Shown one piece after another: positions 62,168 through 64,000 of a DNA stretch of 64,000 nucleotides. Both the position numbers and the translations under genes were made by a program. The notes under the pieces were generated by a model. The model had not been told where the DNA came from. It searched no databases and saw only the letters and a list, made by a program, of their open reading frames with translations. This stretch comes from Terriglobia bacterium (GTDB taxonomy: Bacteria > Acidobacteriota > Terriglobia > JAJPHL01 > JAPKYU01): contig CBDBKE010000004.1 of assembly GCA_965206645.1 (NCBI GenBank), positions 832,001-896,000 of the forward strand, read 5' to 3'. Within the stretch, counting starts at the first letter, position 1, and every line of letters starts with the position of its first letter.

Positions 62168-63376
62168 GTGAAGCTGCCCCGGCCGGGATTAACCGCTCAG
62201 ATTCTGGCGGCTCTGGCGCTGGCCGTGCTGTTTGGCTGGCTGGCTCCAGGCCCGGCGCGAGCCTGCAAGCCGTTGGGCGACCTGTTTATTCGCCTGGTGC
62301 TGATGATCGTGGCGCCCCTGGTGTTCTCGACGTTGGTTGTAGCCCTGGCGCGCTCGGGCAATTTCGGCCGCGTCGGCCGCCTGGGGATGAAGACGCTGGC
62401 GTACTTCCTGCTGGCCACCACGCTGGCCATTCTGGTAGGCATCGGGATGGCGACACTGCTGCGGCCGGGCGCAGGAGCCAATCTTGCCGGTGCTGGCGTC
62501 GCCGCACCGGCTGAATTCCTGAAGACCCCTGACGCGCAACTCCCTTTCCCGCTGCGCCTGGTACCCACCAGCATCGTCGACGCGATGTCGCGCGGCGACA
62601 TCCTGCAAATCGTGGTGTTCTCCCTGCTGTTCGGGATCTCGCTGCTCGCCGTGGGCGAGCGAGGCAGGCCGGTGACCATCTTTCTGGAAGGACTGGCCGA
62701 GGTGATGTTCCGCTTCACCCACTACGTTATGTACTTCGCGCCCGTGGGAGTTTTCGGCGCGATGGCCGTCATTGTGGGCACGCTGGGCGTCGGAGTGCTG
62801 CGCCCCTTCGCGGTCTTCGTCGCCGGAGTCCTAGCCGCGCAGTTCCTGCTGCTGTTGCTCGTTTTCTTCGCACTGGCGCGGCTGGCCGACGTTCCTTTCG
62901 CCAGGTTTCTCCGGGCCGTGCGAGCTCCGGCACTGATCGCCTTTTCCACTACCTCGAGCACCGCCGCCCTGCCCAAGGCGCTCGAGGTGCTGCAAAAATT
63001 GGGCGTGCGGCGCGAGGTGGCAGCTTTCGTTTTGCCCACCGGCTACAGTTTCAACCTGGCCGGTTCCCATCTGTACCTGGCTTTTTCGGCCGTCTTCCTG
63101 GGGCAAGCGTATGGTGTGGAGTTGGGCTGGGGAGAGCTTCTGATGCTCCTGTTTCTGCTCAACGTGACCGCCAAGGGAATCCCCACAGTTCCGCGCGGCT
63201 CGCTTCTGGTGTTGGCCGCGACGATCACGCCGCTAGGCATCCCGCTGGAAGGTATTCCCGTGCTGCTGGCCATTGACCAGATTCCCGACATGGTGCGCAC
63301 CGGCGTCAACATCACCGGGAACTGCCTGGCCTGCACGGTGGTGGACAAGTGGGAAAGGGGAGGGCTGGCGACCTGA
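62168..63376 (+). CDS. Dicarboxylate/amino acid:cation symporter (GltP/DctA family)
   Basis: AFSTTSSTAALP, PTGYSFNLAGS, DMVRTGVN. Confidence 0.92.
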   Translation: MKLPRPGLTAQILAALALAVLFGWLAPGPARACKPLGDLFIRLVLMIVAPLVFSTLVVALARSGNFGRVGRLGMKTLAYFLLATTLAILVGIGMATLLRPGAGANLAGAGVAAPAEFLKTPDAQLPFPLRLVPTSIVDAMSRGDILQIVVFSLLFGISLLAVGERGRPVTIFLEGLAEVMFRFTHYVMYFAPVGVFGAMAVIVGTLGVGVLRPFAVFVAGVLAAQFLLLLLVFFALARLADVPFARFLRAVRAPALIAFSTTSSTAALPKALEVLQKLGVRREVAAFVLPTGYSFNLAGSHLYLAFSAVFLGQAYGVELGWGELLMLLFLLNVTAKGIPTVPRGSLLVLAATITPLGIPLEGIPVLLAIDQIPDMVRTGVNITGNCLACTVVDKWERGGLAT

Positions 63377-63393
63377 AGGCCGCCGCTACGGCT

Positions 63394-63768
63394 TTAGGCG
63401 GCCGCCTCGCCCGACAATGGCTGAATGGCAACGGAACAGGTAAAGCGCGGCTCCAGATGGCCCTTGCCCCAGCGGCTGGCCGTCCATTTGCCCCGCAGGA
63501 ATTTGATCGCCGCCTGCTCGCTTAAATCCAGAATCAATTGGTGAGTGCCCGCATAGAACTTTTGCGGGAATGCGGTCAGAGGCTTGGCCTCCCAAGTGAT
63601 GCCGTCCTCCGAGCCCCAAACGGAAACGTCCAGTGATTCCTGCTCGATGATGCGGGTGATGCTCAAGGTGAGCAGAAACTTCCGCACGGCGGGGTCGCCC
63701 AGCTCCAGTGGCTGCCCTTCCCCCTTGGCTTCCACGACCTGCTCAGGGATCAGAAAGGTGTTGCGCAT
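63394..63768 (-). CDS. Conserved hypothetical protein
   Basis: IIEQESLDVSVWGSEDG...FPQKFYAG; follows the oxidoreductase gene. Confidence 0.7.
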   Translation of the reverse strand: MRNTFLIPEQVVEAKGEGQPLELGDPAVRKFLLTLSITRIIEQESLDVSVWGSEDGITWEAKPLTAFPQKFYAGTHQLILDLSEQAAIKFLRGKWTASRWGKGHLEPRFTCSVAIQPLSGEAAA

Positions 63769-63794
63769 CGGCGAGAGGAGACTCCCTCGCTTGA

Positions 63795-64000
63795 CTACAC
63801 TAGTTCTTGGACCAGGCTGTCGAAGACTTCCTTCCCCATCCCCAATGGCTGCTTTGCCAGCGGCCCATGGCGGAGGACGGGCTCGGAGTCTTCGTAAGTG
63901 GACTGCTCGTCTTTATAGAACAGGCCGATGGGAATGCGGTCGCCCCACTCAAAGGATTTCTCCAGCGCGGCGGGTACGTTGGAGGGATCGTACCCTTGTT
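63795..64000 (-). CDS. 2-oxoacid:ferredoxin oxidoreductase beta subunit, C-terminus (partial)
   Basis: GYDPSNVPAALEKSFEWGDRIPIGLFYK...TYED...ELV*. Confidence 0.75.
   Translation of the reverse strand, partial: QGYDPSNVPAALEKSFEWGDRIPIGLFYKDEQSTYEDSEPVLRHGPLAKQPLGMGKEVFDSLVQELV

Overview
High-GC bacterial chromosome segment, genetic code 11. Gene content suggests Acidobacteriota (inference from lineage-typical hypothetical proteins and nuo layout). About 0.6-25.4 kb is an accessory zone. It holds a decaying tyrosine-integrase island inserted in tRNA-Ile2(CAT), with a degenerate att copy at 604-642 and an integrase frameshifted by a 124-bp tandem duplication. It also holds two IS3/IS407-type elements and two near-identical IS21 copies whose istA carries the same in-frame TAG. 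A catabolic and pseudogene block (degenerate GGDEF, alkaline phosphatase, glycoside hydrolases, sialidase, luciferase-like monooxygenase, transhydrogenase) ends at tRNA-Glu. About 25.5-64 kb is mostly core genome: LytS-type kinase, ribA, thiS, a nuo operon lacking nuoB and nuoI, nrdR, aroA, rnpB, ligA, a yitJ-like gene and xseB-ispA-tlyA-nadK. The most unusual observation is an M4 (thermolysin-like) peptidase gene whose internal segments lie in permuted order (A-C-B-D), with 2-3 nt duplicated at the junctions. All calls come from reading the sequence and ORF track by eye; no searches were run.
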